Position numbers and translations under genes: made by a program. DNA of 63,020 nucleotides, the filler included, from Intoshia linei (Eukaryota > Animalia > Orthonectida): assembly GCA_001642005.1 (NCBI GenBank). It is 4 parts of 4 records of this genome, joined end to end, with 100 filler letters (N's around TTAATTAATTAA, not from the genome) between each part and the next. Parts side by side here need not be neighbours in the genome. Positions count along the whole stretch, not along the records: positions 22,270 to 32,894 come from LWCA01001251.1; positions 32,995 to 48,132 come from LWCA01000929.1; 2 more parts are not named here. One strand, written 5' to 3'. Positions 25,572 to 38,613 of the stretch are shown piece by piece. Each line of letters starts with the position of its first letter. The first letter of the stretch is position 1. A model generated the notes under the pieces. It worked only from the letters and a program-made list of their open reading frames with translations, did not search any database and was not told the origin of the DNA.

Positions 25572-26926
25572 TATTTCGATTTTATTTTGTATATTTATGT
25601 TTTTAATAAATTGAAAAATATTTTTAAATATTTTGTGAACCACTTTAATCATTATTGATGCATATTGTACGCAAAATGGATTTTTATAATTATTATTTTT
25701 GACAAAATATTCTATATAACAATAATGTTGTTTTTGATATTAGACAAAAAGTACCCTCTAACAATTTAAAAATATTAGCAGAAACTACTATAATATAACT
25801 TATAATTATGTAACTGGACCATGTTAAGACATATACGTGTATTTTGGATATTGGGAACCAATTATTTTATTTACTGGCTCGTAAAATTTTTTTAAAAGTT
25901 ACATTCCTCCGAGTCGTTCGTAAAATCGGATTTTTCAAAAAAATATTGGTAAAAGTCAATTTTTCCTTGAGGTTTTGAAATGGTATTTTTCATTAAATTT
26001 TATTAATGGTGGGATTTTTGAAATAATGTAGCGGTCAGCTAGGGTTTGGGTTAAATTGCTAAAATCTAAAAACTGGTAATAAATATCAAAAATTCTTCTA
26101 TAAAAATAAATAAAATTGATCAAAATTTTTCTATATTTTATTTGAGTCTGACGGGACACCAGGGATATAATTTTAGACCCCAATTGGGAACCACTGTTTT
26201 AATGTATACATTATTCATAAAAAAAATCCTTGTTAACGGAATGAGATTACTTTTGAGGATCAATTATTTTATTAACGAGGAATTAACCTGTATTACTTTA
26301 CTTAAAATTGAGCATCTCTATCAATGTTGGTATGATAAATTCACTCGAAAAATGTTTTTAAATGGACTTAATCCATTAATTATTGATAAAAAATATTTGT
26401 TACTTATAGCGTTACTTATACGAGGTCAATTTTCATGTTCACGATAATACTTATAGCAAGGTATTACTGTTACTATTATACAGATTTTTTTAGTTGTACT
26501 TTCAGATATTCCTAATCATAAAATTGAAAAAATATCTACGCGATATTGTAGAATACTTTCAAAGCTTTTTTGTAATTGTGATTATTGACTCTGTTTCATT
26601 TTTATAAGGGTTTGGAAGTAGGTAACTAAATATTTTATATAAAAAAATATCTCATTATTTGCTCCAATTATTTATACTTTATTATTTTATATTATGGAAA
26701 ATTTAGTGTAAAAATTACTTTTTAGGTTTTGAGAAAAAATTGACCAGTGCACTGAAGTGGAATGATGCTTCATTTGAAACTAAAACACATCATTGTCATA
26801 TTCAAATAGTTTTTGAGATAATAGCTCATCAGAACATTCCATGAACTGTAAACTAATATAATTTTTTGGAGAAACCAGGGGAATTTCGTCCAATTTTAAA
26901 TTTTAAGGTAAACTATTGCACTATAC

Positions 26927-27195
26927 CAGTGGTCACCAAACTTTTCGACATGGGGGCCGGAATAATTAAAAAAAAAATTCGCGGGCCAAATGGAAAATAT
27001 ACATGACGGTATAATTTAAGTTAACGAATTGATAAGTTTATCATGATCTAGAAATGTCAAGTCGATAGTATATATTTAAAATCTAATTTGATTATATATG
27101 ATAATTTGTAAGATATTACATGTGTTTTATGTAATAGATTTGTAATTCGTGGGCCGGATAAAATAAAATTGCGGGCTGTAGTTGGGTGGCCAATG
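26927..27195. mobile_element. hAT-Charlie-type MITE
   Basis: Perfect 8-bp TSD CACTATAC on both sides. TIR CAGTGGTCACCAAAC / GTTGGGTGGCCAATG with GCGGGCC subterminal motifs. Confidence 0.85.
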
Positions 27196-27218
27196 CACTA
27201 TACAATCAAAATTTAAAA

Positions 27219-27306
27219 TTGTCCGTATGTGGATGCACACTAGTTGGTATCTAGTTGCACAATAGCGTTCATTGAGTTGCACAACAGCTCGTATCTCAGT
27301 GCACAA
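27219..27306. repeat. Four 22-bp degenerate tandem units each ending TGCACA(A/C)
   Basis: TTGTCCGTATGTGGATGCACAC / TAGTTGGTATCTAGTTGCACAA / TAGCGTTCATTGAGTTGCACAA / CAGCTCGTATCTCAGTGCACAA. Confidence 0.7.
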
Positions 27307-27793
27307 CTCTGTATGTCCTCGTTAATTTAAAAAAACTACAAAGTTTCATTAAAAATGCTTTTCTTATTCTATTATCCCTATAACATTGTTCATAAATTTT
27401 TAAAGTAGAACTTTAACAATATCTTTAATTAATGTAAATCAAGACATCCTCACCTTAGAAATTTTAAAAAATTGTTTTTCAGGTGTGATCATAAAATGAA
27501 AATTTGGATAAACGGACACATAAACAGAATATAAAAAATTAAAATTCAATCTTCCCAAAAAAATCATTTTATGCTGTTTTATTACACACTGCCGGACTGA
27601 GTTTTATCACAAATTATGGATCCATGTAAAATAAAATAAAAAATATTTCACTTAAATTTGATCGTTTTACGTCTATGGATACATACATACGTCTCTTACA
27701 TAACTTGTTGACTAATTTATTGTCCAGACAGTTGGCAACCCTAGTTTTGTCACAATAGAATTACATGCAATTTAAATATAATTTTATTAATTA

Positions 27794-30149
27794 ATGGATG
27801 AATTTGAATCAAAAGCGTGGGATTTTTACCAATCGAATGTACAAAGTGATACATTTACATGTTTTAAACATGGAGACTCGTATGTTTTATTTAACGAAGA
27901 GGCAGAAGATGTGGTCCATAAAATACTAGACTGTCCGGATTTATTAAAATGTGACAGTGAAGGATTAAAAAAAGTTAAGTTGTCAAATTATAGATATGCT
28001 ACAGTGGTGCGCCAAATTTTATTTACTTTGAGAAAAAGAATACTTGTTTATGAAAATATAAAATATTGTCAAGATATTGATTCTGTATCCAATTTATGCA
28101 TTGGAAATTGGTTTTTGAAAGCCAAGGGTTCTCCCGGAGATATAAGTCAATTTGAAGATATACTAGTAGATCATTTTAACGCATCCGAAAAGAGTGGAGT
28201 TTTGTCAATATCAGTTGGTTCAAATTTCAACGTGGATGTAGCTTTTTTAGATCAATTCAACCAACTAATCAAAGTGTCCAGTTTTATGGATGATGACAAG
28301 TTTAATAATTTACAAACTATAATTGTGCAATTATATCCGCAAGAAGCTATTCTTAATGGAAAAATGAATCATACAATTAAAAATTCACTACAAAAATTAC
28401 TGGATAAATGTAGTGTCATTGTTAGTCACTTATCTGATAAAGAAGTATTTGATAAAGACGAAACAGTCAGTGAAATTAAAATATTATTAAACAAAAATTA
28501 CATGTATTTTATCAACAATTTAACTAAAGGAATGTGTATGGCTATCGATGTTCTAATGAAACAATATCATTTACTTTCTACCCATTCAGTTGATAAAAAT
28601 GCAGGGTTTTATATAATTGAAGAATATTCTCATAAAAGATACGTTCGAGTCGATTTAGCAGCATCGCGAGCTATTAATTTATTCGATTATACAAAGGAAA
28701 AACTAAAGGTTGGATGTATAAAATCAGTGGACTGTTTATATGATTTGTTGAATCAATGCAAAACTTTTCATGGTAGTCAATTATTAGCAACCTGGATAAA
28801 ACAACCATTACACGATATTGGATTGATCAATGAGAGGTTAGATGTCGTGGAATTGTTCATAAAAGATTCAAATTTACTCAAATTATTGAATAATAATGTT
28901 TTACCGGAACTTGGAAATTTGTATAAAGTGGGTCGTTGTTTTCGTAGAAAAAATCTTGATATTGAAAAATTGATAGCTATTTATCAATCTATAGAAAGTT
29001 GTGAAAATTTGTATAACATATTAACGGAATCTGACAGTTTTAGTTCAAGTAACGGGAAAATATTACAAAACACATTTTCAGGTGTCTTAATAGATATACT
29101 TTGTAAATTTAAGCCTTATCAAAAAATGATTAACAAATTTATAGATTTGAACAAATATGAAAGAAAAGAACGTGACATGTTTACTAGTTTTATTCGTCCT
29201 AATGTTTCTGAAGAATTATTTTCTTTAATAGATAAACTTGAAAAAATTAATTCTAAAGTTGAAAAAGAATACAACAGGGTAAAAGATGAATTTGATTGCA
29301 ATATTAAATTGGAAAAAGTAAAAACCAACCACAAAATAACGTTCTTATACCGCATTGTTTTAAAAGATGAACCATTATTACGTCCTTATGTATCAAAAAA
29401 GCAGTTTAATGTAATAGATACACAAAAGGCGGGTGTAAGGTTTACTAATAATGCTTTAGAAAATTATAGTGAATTGTACAATGACATTTTCCAGGAATAT
29501 GACTGCGAGGAAAAAAAATTGTTGAAAAGCATTACAGATACATGTTATCAGTACATAAATGTGTTTGATCAGCTTTTAAACGTTACCGCAAAGCTTGATG
29601 TTCTTGTAGCTTTCGCTGTTTTAATCAGTGAATCTAGTTTTCCTTTTGTTAGACCACAATTCCACTCTGAAGGACAAATTATTTTTAAAAATTTGAGACA
29701 TCCAATTGTGGAATTAAAGCAAGATATTGAATTTATTTCAAATGACTGTACGTTTTATAAACCTGATTCAGCCATTTTTAAATTGATCACTGGTCCGAAT
29801 ATGGGTGGAAAATCAACATATATTCGTTCAGTTGGATTAGCTGTCATTATGGCTCATATGGGCTGTTATGTAGCTGCAGACGAAGCTCACATTTCTCTTG
29901 TAGATTCTGTTTTGTGTCGGATTGGTTCCAATGATTCAACCTTGATGGGATTGTCTACCTTTATGAATGAAATGCTCGAAATGTCTTCAATTATTAATAC
30001 TGCGTCTTCCCATTCTCTTGTTATTATTGATGAACTTGGAAGAGGAACCTCTACTTACGATGGGTTTGGTTTATCATGGGCAATTTCCAAGTACCTTGTT
30101 AAAAATATTAAATGCTTCTGCTTATTTGCAACTCATTTTCACGAACTAG
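27794..30149 (+). CDS. MSH2: DNA mismatch repair protein MSH2, large first exon (3' exons not found)
   Basis: KGSPGDISQFEDIL, WIKQPL, RHPIVE, Walker A ITGPNMGGKSTYIRS, STFMNEMLE, Walker B IIDELGRGTSTYDGFGLSWAI and FATHFHEL, followed by donor G|GTAATT at 30149/30150. Confidence 0.96.
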
Positions 30150-30729
30150 GTAATTATATTAATTTATTTTTAATAGTTAAAAATACTGATTCTTATATAT
30201 TAGAATCTATTTTTAATTTTATATAATTATTTTTATTTTTAATGTAAAACATTGGTGAAACAAACAAGTTTTACTTATTAAAGTAATATTGTATCTAGTT
30301 ATATAAAATCCTCTGTTCGACCTAAAAGCGTATTCGTTGGAGTTATAAATTGATATTATTGACTAGATCAATAATAAATTAAAATTATTCGGTTATCGAA
30401 AAAATTTTCATTTGGTTACACCGTGTTATATTATATTATTTATACACAAAATCTATAGATAATATGTAGATAGCTTTTAAATTTTAAATCAAAAAGATTA
30501 CATGTAAAATACATGGTATTATGATATCATGGTATATATAAGACTTGGTGTCACAGATAAAAATATCCTGTGTCTTTTTTAAGCGTCATCCTCCTTGACT
30601 AAAAAAATTTTACCCAAAATATGAAAAATTTTTCTAATATCACCTATTAATATAGTAGTTTATATGATAATCTGGATTAGTCATATAACCACTGCCCTAT
30701 CCACGGTCTGTCAGAGATATAAACTCAAC

Positions 30730-31975
30730 TTCAAAACTATGTGAAAAGTTTATTTTTCCCAGATAACATGTTAAATGCTAATTTATTATTTTTCACACTA
30801 TGAAAAGGACTAATAATTTGTGATAAGTTTAATATTTTATAAAATAATTAACAATTAAAAATATTATAAATTTATGTATTGCCCAAAACTATGTGAAATT
30901 ATGATTATTATTTTATTTTTATCTTATCTGTTATCTAATTGAAAAGATTGTACCATGCCACAACGAGGTACACTCTTATCTGAATTCGAACAAGGATGTA
31001 TTACTTCCTTGCTTGAAGAAAATGTCGCAATTGGTGAAATACACGCATGTTAAACCATTGTTATGGTTGTATACTTAATATTATTAAACGTGACGATAAG
31101 TATGATTTATGAGGTGGAAGACCTTATTTGTTGGATGAACGATCTAAAAGAAACATGTCTAGAATTATGCTCAATAATGACACTCCAATTGCAGCTCATA
31201 TAATTCAAGATTTGGGCCTAAATGTTTCAACAAATACTATTTACATGTAATAAATACAGAAATATATATTAAATTTCGAATGGAGTTCTGAATACTAAAG
31301 GATTTTAACATGGGCAAAAAATTCTAATTCGACTGTGTTTAAAAAATCTCAGTTTGGATCAAATAATCTTCTCTGATGAAAAAGGTTTTTTGTTGGATGG
31401 ACGAGACGGGCATGGGCATTATTGGACTCATGAAAAGGAACTCAGAAAATTCTTTGGTAGAAAGTTATTATTATTTGGGCAGGCATGGGCTACAATGGAT
31501 CTACATCACTCCATTTCGTAGAATCTAATGTAAATTCTGATGTTTATATAAATATATTGTGTAAATTCTATATGGCGTTCCATCAAACCGGGTTTATATT
31601 GATTCAAGATAATGCTAGACCTCACGTTTTTACTAAAATTAATACAAATTGGATTTTTGAAGGAAAATAGCATATCGGTACTTGATTGACCACCTTATAG
31701 TCCTGATTGTAATCCAATTGAAAATCTATGGGCTATAATGGTTCATCGTCTATACCCTGGCACCAAGGTTTACCGTAGTCTTGACGAATTTAAAGCTGAA
31801 ATTGGTATTATTTGGGATTCGCTGGATGTTGATGAAATTCAACGATTGGTTCAATCCTTTCCGTCAAGATTAACTGAAGTTATAAAAAATAAAGGTGCAA
31901 TCTACGTAATTAAAATTTATATTTGTAAATTGTTTTTTGTTTGCATTTATATACACATTTCACATAGTTTTGACT
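30730..31975 (+). mobile_element. Dead Tc1/Tc3-like element with IR/DR-type ends
   Basis: MPQRGTLLSEFEQG at ~30955, IIFSDEKGFLLDG, IQDNARPH and PYSPDCNPIENLW, with stops and frameshifts. CAAAACTATGTGAAA occurs twice at the left end and inverted at ~31957. Confidence 0.85.
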
Positions 31976-32143
31976 AATTTTTTATAAATTTTTGCATACA
32001 ACATTTATAACATCAAGACTGTAATCTTGTCACATTTTAAACTTTATTGATTTGTAATATCGTCCAGAATTTATATTAAATTAAATATAAGATTTATATT
32101 GTAAATATCTTACTATCTAAAACATTACAATATAATTTCTGCA

Positions 32144-32894
32144 ATGTCCAATCTAATCAATAACCTACCAAAATTGGACAATTTAATTGATGAAAACGGA
32201 ACATTTTTAATTGAACCACGTGATTGGTTTACACAATTTGAAGTGATGGTATCACTAGAAGAGAAAATATAGGAAGTAGAAAAATGTACAATACTAAAAT
32301 TATATATAAGTAAGCATGCGAGAGACAGACTAGAAAATTGTAAGTTGAAAGGATATAATGCCTATAAAAATGAAATATTGTCGTGGAAATCCTATAATGT
32401 TTCAATATTGCGAAAAAAATTCCAAAGCTTAATGAGGAAATCCAATGAAGAGGGTGAAACATTCATTCAAAAACTGTATATATTATCAAAAAATTGTAAT
32501 TTTACTGACTTAAATGAAAGAATAAGAGACCAACTAGTATCAGGAATTAATCATCCTAGACTAGAAAATGAATTACTATCAGTAGATTTTCAAGACTTGG
32601 AAAAATGTAAACTAGTTGTATCCCAATTTAAAATTATTAATTTTAATTATGGAAAATTTGAAATATCAAAAATTAACTTAAACTATCGAGAAAATAATAC
32701 ATTTAAATGTTTGAATTGTGGACGTCTAGAGCACTATCGAATGTCTGTCTCGTCTGTCTGAAACTCACTGTCGAATTACTCCCTCTAAAGAAACAAAATC
32801 AATTCGTGCTATATATAATCAAGAAAAGAAAGAACTTCAAGAACAACTAACGTTTACTAATGATATCGATGAAGTAACTTTTAATTTCATTATA
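32144..32894 (+). pseudogene. Ty3/gypsy LTR-retrotransposon gag relic
   Basis: FIQKLYILSKNCNFTDLNERIRDQLVSGINHPRLENELL and a zinc-knuckle start KCLNCGRLEH. In-frame stops upstream; runs into the gap. Confidence 0.8.
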
Positions 32895-32994
32895 NNNNNN
32901 NNNNNNNNNNNNNNNNNNNNNNNNNNNNNNNNNNNNNNTTAATTAATTAANNNNNNNNNNNNNNNNNNNNNNNNNNNNNNNNNNNNNNNNNNNN
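32895..32994. other. Assembly gap spacer
   Basis: N44-TTAATTAATTAA-N44. Confidence 0.97.
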
Positions 32995-33827
32995 GTTGCT
33001 TACATGTTTTCTAAACAAAAAAAGCATCATACCATCGGAAACGTTGATGATATTCTTAACGAACCCTGATGACCGAAGATGAAACCCTGTACTCTTAACA
33101 TTGCAGAACTTGGCGAAAAACAAAATGGGACACTTAAATCAATTCCTCCGTAAAAGCATTAAAAATTTAGCAGAAGTTATCGAACTTCAAGTTGAACTTC
33201 GAGTCTACTTATGTGTTTTCAAGATATGTTGTGCATAATAATATTAATGAGGAATATCTGTTTTGTCAGTCATTAAATAAAACTACAAGAGAATTGATTT
33301 ATTACTGATAGATACTTTAAAGATAACTTGTTCCTGTAACGGGATTTTCATTTTCAAATGTGAAATATACAATTTAGGAAAATGTTGATAAGTATAGAAT
33401 TAGCCAGTGGTTATTAAACTCTTTTTTTAACACAAAATATTTTTATTACCCAATTCAGTACGGTATATACCTCTAGGTCATTTGAAAATGTATTTTTTGA
33501 CGCCAAAGGAAACATGAAATATACAACATTTATGAAAAAATTAAAGGTTGTCCCTCATAAGATTTGATAAAATCGGATTTTAAAAAAAATAAGATTTTTG
33601 AAATAATAAAGTAGCGGTCAACTAAGCTTTAGGATAAATTCACAATATTTGGCAACTCTGTAATTAATATTAAAAATTCTAAAATTAATAAAAGTTGATA
33701 AAATTGTTTTTATAATTTATTTGAATCTCACAAGAACCCAAGGCTATAGTTTTAGACCCAGGGCCCTCCAATCGGTAACTACTGCTCTAGGTGAAGCGAA
33801 TATATTGATAACTGGGTTTACTGTTAC

Positions 33828-34850
33828 GTACTACTTATTAATAGCCCATAGCTTTGTCGAGGGTAGACTTTTTTAATACTACCAAAAAATAAATTCAATG
33901 ATAAAATCTTATCTTAAAAGTGCTACATACACTATTATCAATTATTTAAAGGAGTTAATTCTAAACTTGTTTCACCATGGTCTTGTTATTTTACATTTTA
34001 ATGTGAATTATTCCCATTTAATTTTGTTAACATTTGTGTAAAGAGTATAAAAAAAGTATCAATAATTATTGACATAATTATAATTAACAGATTTAGTTCT
34101 TTAAAAACATATTTCCGGTCAATTTTAACAACATTGTATAGTATACATATATAAATGATAATAACATATAGTTGTATTTTATATCGGGAATGCGTAGATT
34201 TGTGGGGTTGAAATTGTGTATTTATATCAAGTAGAATAAGCTGTATCAGAATAATATTTTTTTTTAATTGTAGGACCGTTAATTATTTCAAATATAAAAA
34301 AATAAAACTAAAGTGGTTTTTTGACTGTAACCGCCTCACTTTGTCAAATTGAAATGTTTTATGTTAACCGGATATAACTGTATCAACTAAAATTTTTTTA
34401 AATTCTAGGACTATTTTAATTTTTTAAAAAAAGGGTAATTGGGTGTTTTAATCGTGAAAATAAACTTTTTTAGGTTTGAGATTTATAATAATGTTGATGA
34501 TTTTAAAACCTATTCCACAATTTTTGTTAAAATTCTAGGACTTTTTTCATTTTTACAAAAAAGGGTAATTTTCGGTTTTAGCCGTGAAGATAATTTTTTG
34601 AAATTTATCATGTTGATGATTTTAAAATCTTTATCTGATTGTGTATTTTTTATAATTCTTGGACTCGTTTGAATTTTAAAAAAGATAATTGCGGTTTTTC
34701 ACTATTAAAGAATCAATATCTGAAAATGAAATTTGTGATGAAACATCACCCTCAAAAAACTGTAATAGAAATGGGTATTCTTAAAATCCTACGCCTATTA
34801 CTGTCTTAAATAAACAGACATACTTTTTAACTAAATTACTTTATATAAGA
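33828..34850 (-). mobile_element. Helitron-family copy (diverged subfamily); further fragments at ~39700-39960
   Basis: Shares CTACCAAAAAATAAATTCAAT, GGGAATGCGTAGATTT and AATAAGCTGTATCAGAATAAT blocks with the other copies. Confidence 0.65.
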
Positions 34851-35449
34851 ATTTATCGAAATCTACTAATTAAGAAAACTGATAGATGGTGTATTCATTT
34901 TAAGAAAGTAAAATGAACCATTCAACACATAACTGATATCGAACTACCACGTAATATTATATCGTGCATTTGTGGTATCAAACCATTTTTAGTTTATAAA
35001 AACCACAAAAAAATTATTTAAATTTAATTGACCAAATATAGTAATTGAGAAACTACTATGTTTAAACTAGTTAAACTTTAAGCTGAAAAACACTGGAGTC
35101 CCCTTTTGATATTCATCAGTTAAAAAATTTTTAATTAAAAAGATTTCTGCAAGTCATTTATAGGAACCAAACAAATTAAAGTTTCCACATTTAATGACTT
35201 GATTAACGAACATTGTCTTTTTGAAACTACAGTGGTCGCTGTAAGTCTTTGAGGATTCATTCATATAATATTTCATTAATCTACATATAAAAGTAAATTT
35301 GTTTTCGCAGATCGCGGTTAATATCAAACAACAAAGATGAAGATTTTCTGCAAAGTAACGTATACTCACTTTAGTTAATGAAATATCAGTGCATATTAAA
35401 AGTAAAGTAAATATGAAATTGTATTCAAGTACAATAAGTAATATTTACA

Positions 35450-36686
35450 TTAATCGAATAAGCCGAATCCCATATCTTCATCGGACTCTTCTTCTTCCAC
35501 AACTTCCGTTTTTGTTACTTCTGCTACGGCAGTAGCCTGTACAGGAGCAGCTACAGCATATTTATCTGGGTTATCCAAATAATCTTTAATCTGAATTAAA
35601 GGTGCAAATGTAAAATTAACATTAAAATACCTCTTTGACTTCTTTAATGTCTATACCAGTTTCAAGAGCTACTGCCAAAACATTTTTGAACGCAGAAACG
35701 ATGCTGTAAGGTACTGAAACAGCTGTAGGATGATCTATCGCCAAGGAAACTGCACAAATATTTTTCAATCCCTAATTTTTTGTAAATATAAAAAATCTAA
35801 ATCTTACACTTTGAATCTTGGCTTCATATTCCTCTTCGGTAACATAATACACACTGTGGTCGTATACATAACCCGTATCGTAAACTAAAATAGTTGAAAT
35901 ATAAAAACAAAAAAAAAACAAAAATATATTAAAACATACCACTAATGGGGACAATTCCATAAGTGAAAGGACAAATATCCATCATTTTCAGTAAAGCTAC
36001 TTCATTTGCACCAATAATTGCACCCTTCTTAATAATATTGAAATCTTCCTATAAAATGTGTTAACATTTAAATAAAGAAAGATAATTACCATAATTTCAA
36101 TACATCCTTTAGTAATTTTTGTATTTACTCTGAGATTTTGAAAGAAAGCTGTATGATTGGGAGAAATTGTTGTAGCTTGTTTAGGCAAAACAACATCAAT
36201 CGGAGCTATGGACCCAACTTTTGCTGCTGCAGGAACCTACATAAAAACTGATAAATCTATATTATAAAATTACTTTATTTTCTGTACATTTGTCAATAAC
36301 AGATTTAACATCTCCACTAGTAAAAACTAACGCAACATTATTCTTTATATGGGGAACCAAATTGACCAAATCTGGTATATCCATCAGACTAATAGCTTTA
36401 GCGATTAAACTGTTTTTTCCACAAAGTAATTCTAATTTATGTGTATGAAACAAAGGAAATGTTTAAATTTACCAGCCGTATTTTTTTCGTTAACATTTAA
36501 ATGTTTACTTAACCCTCTTCTCGTTGCTTGCATTTGAACAGCAGACACATGAGTAATATCAACAATAATTATTGTCCCATAAGAAGAAAATAAATTCTAT
36601 ATAAAATATATTCAACTGTAAAAGTTGTAAAATACCGTCACTTTTTCGAAAAATCTTTGCTTTCTAAGTTGTTTCTTTGCCTCCAT
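35450..36686 (-). CDS. RPLP0: 60S acidic ribosomal protein P0 (uL10), 8 exons
   Basis: MEAKKQLRKQRFFEKVT|NLFSSY...LLCGKNSLI...PHIKNNVALVFT...VPAAAKVGSIAPIDV...TKITKGCIEI...SVPYSIVSAFKNVLAVA...EEESDEDMGFGLFD*. First two introns are 39 and 41 bp. Confidence 0.97.
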
Positions 36687-36852
36687 AATTTTTGATTTAA
36701 ATTATAGATGATATTTTAAGGTAACAAAAACTAATTATAAAATGATAAATCCACACTTATTAACGATAATGCAATTCAATCAACTTTATTTTGACTTAAA
36801 CATAAACTTTTGTAATTGAAAAAAGTTATGTTTATGCTGATATTAAATTAAA
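36687..36852. promoter_or_regulatory. Putative bidirectional promoter for RPLP0 and USP39
   Basis: Only 166 bp separate the two divergent ATGs. Confidence 0.6.
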
Positions 36853-38583
36853 ATGGAAATCCAAAAAAAAGAAAATTTAAAAAATTGTCCATATTTAGAT
36901 ACTATTAATAGATCCATCCTCGACTTTGATTTCAAAAAATTATGCAGTATTTCTTTATCACATGTAAGTCTTAACGCATTCTTAATATTTTTTTATAATC
37001 CATTTTTATAATTCTCAAATTTAGACAAATGTTTACGCTTGCTTAGTTTGCGGGAAATATTTTCAAGGTCGCGGTAGAAAATCGTATGCCTACATTCACA
37101 GTGTACAAGAAATGCATCACGTATTTCTAAATTTAGAATCAAAAAGATTCTATTGCTTACCGGACGATTATGAATTTTATGATAGTTCATTGGAAGATAT
37201 CATTTTTTATTTGGATCCTCACTTTTCAACTAAAATGATTAAAGAATTATCTACGAATGGACATTTTCGTACAGCTTACGATAATACAAAATATCTACCT
37301 GGATTAGCTGGATTAAACAATATTAAAAATAATGATTATTGTAATGTTGTTTTTCATTTATTCTGCAATATAATACCAATTCGAGATTTTTTTATTAATA
37401 GAACAAATTATATTGATATAACAAAACCTTTATCTGATATGCCCCAATTATTGTTAAAACGATTTGGAGAATTAATTCGTAAACTCTGCAATCAACGCAA
37501 TTTTCGAGCGCATGTTAGTCCTCATGAGATGCTGCAGGCTGTAGTACTTTGTAGTAAGAAGCGTTTCCAGTTTACTGTTCAAAGTGATTGTGTGGATTTT
37601 ATTACTTGGCTTTTAACCAGTCTTCATGAAGCTTTATTAGAAAAAGGAAAATCTAAAAAAACAGGTGTTTTTAGAAATGATGGAGCTACTAAACCTAAGA
37701 AATTGAGGCTTAACAAAAAGGAAAAAAAAACTCAAGCTAAAATGTATAAAGATTTGATTAGTCAACAAAATTCAATAATTAGTGACACTTTTCGTGGAAT
37801 AATGCGAGTTACTTCTAGAAAAATTGAAACTAAATCAGTTCGTGATGGTGGTAAGAAAAATAAATCAAGGGATGTTACTACTTATTCTATGCCTGAAATG
37901 TTTATTCAACCTTTTTACTATTTAGCTTGTGATTTGCCCGCACCTCCTCTATTTCCAGATATTAATCAAGAAGTTATCATTCCACAGGTAATTTTAGTAA
38001 AATATTTATGTTAATATTAATATATAATATTTATAAATAATACATGCACCGGGTCATGTGAACCATTTTGACGACCCCCAATGCTGTGTATTACGAATAA
38101 ACTTTATCTATAAATATACACATTTAATTTTTATTAATTTAGGTACCACTGTCTGTTTTATTAGAAAAATTTGATGGAGTAACTGAAAAAGAATACAAAA
38201 CATATATAGATTCTTCCATCAAAAAATTTGAAATATTGAAATTACCACCGTACATAATACTCGTTTTCAAAAGATTTGTTAAAACACGATTTTTATTAGA
38301 AAAAAATCCCACAATTGTAAATTTTCCCATGATTGGAGTCGATTTTGGCGAGTTATTAACTACAGAAAATAGAAAAAATCACGGTTGCACTGTTTACGAT
38401 TTGATTGGATCAATTGTACATGATGGAAAAAGTGATGTTGGAACGTATCATTTACACAATTTACATCAAGCTAGTGGAAAATGGTTTGATGTAGAAAATT
38501 TAATTGTCAAACCCATTGTGCCTCAATTAATTACTCTTTCTGAAGCTTATATTCAAGTTTATAAAGTCAGAGAAGAAATTTAA
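36853..38583 (+). CDS. USP39: U4/U6.U5 tri-snRNP-associated protein 2 (USP39/Sad1), 3 exons
   Basis: Exons 36853-36963, 37025-37987 and 38143-38583. Motifs CPYLDTINRSILDFDFKKLCSISLSH|TNVYACLVCGKYFQGRG, FYCLPDDYE, GLNNIKNNDY, HVSPHEMLQAV, EKNPTIVNFP and ITLSEAYIQVY. Confidence 0.97.
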
Positions 38584-38613
38584 TACATTTGTATAATTTG
38601 TAAAATTAATTTT

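Noticed and set aside
27219-27306. Repeat-spacer-like periodicity suggesting a CRISPR array
   Set aside because: The constant part is only 6-7 bp, the unit is 22 bp, there are no cas genes, and the context is eukaryotic.
37310-37345. USP39 lacking the catalytic Cys (NNDY)
   Set aside because: Normal for USP39/Sad1, which is a known pseudo-deubiquitinase.
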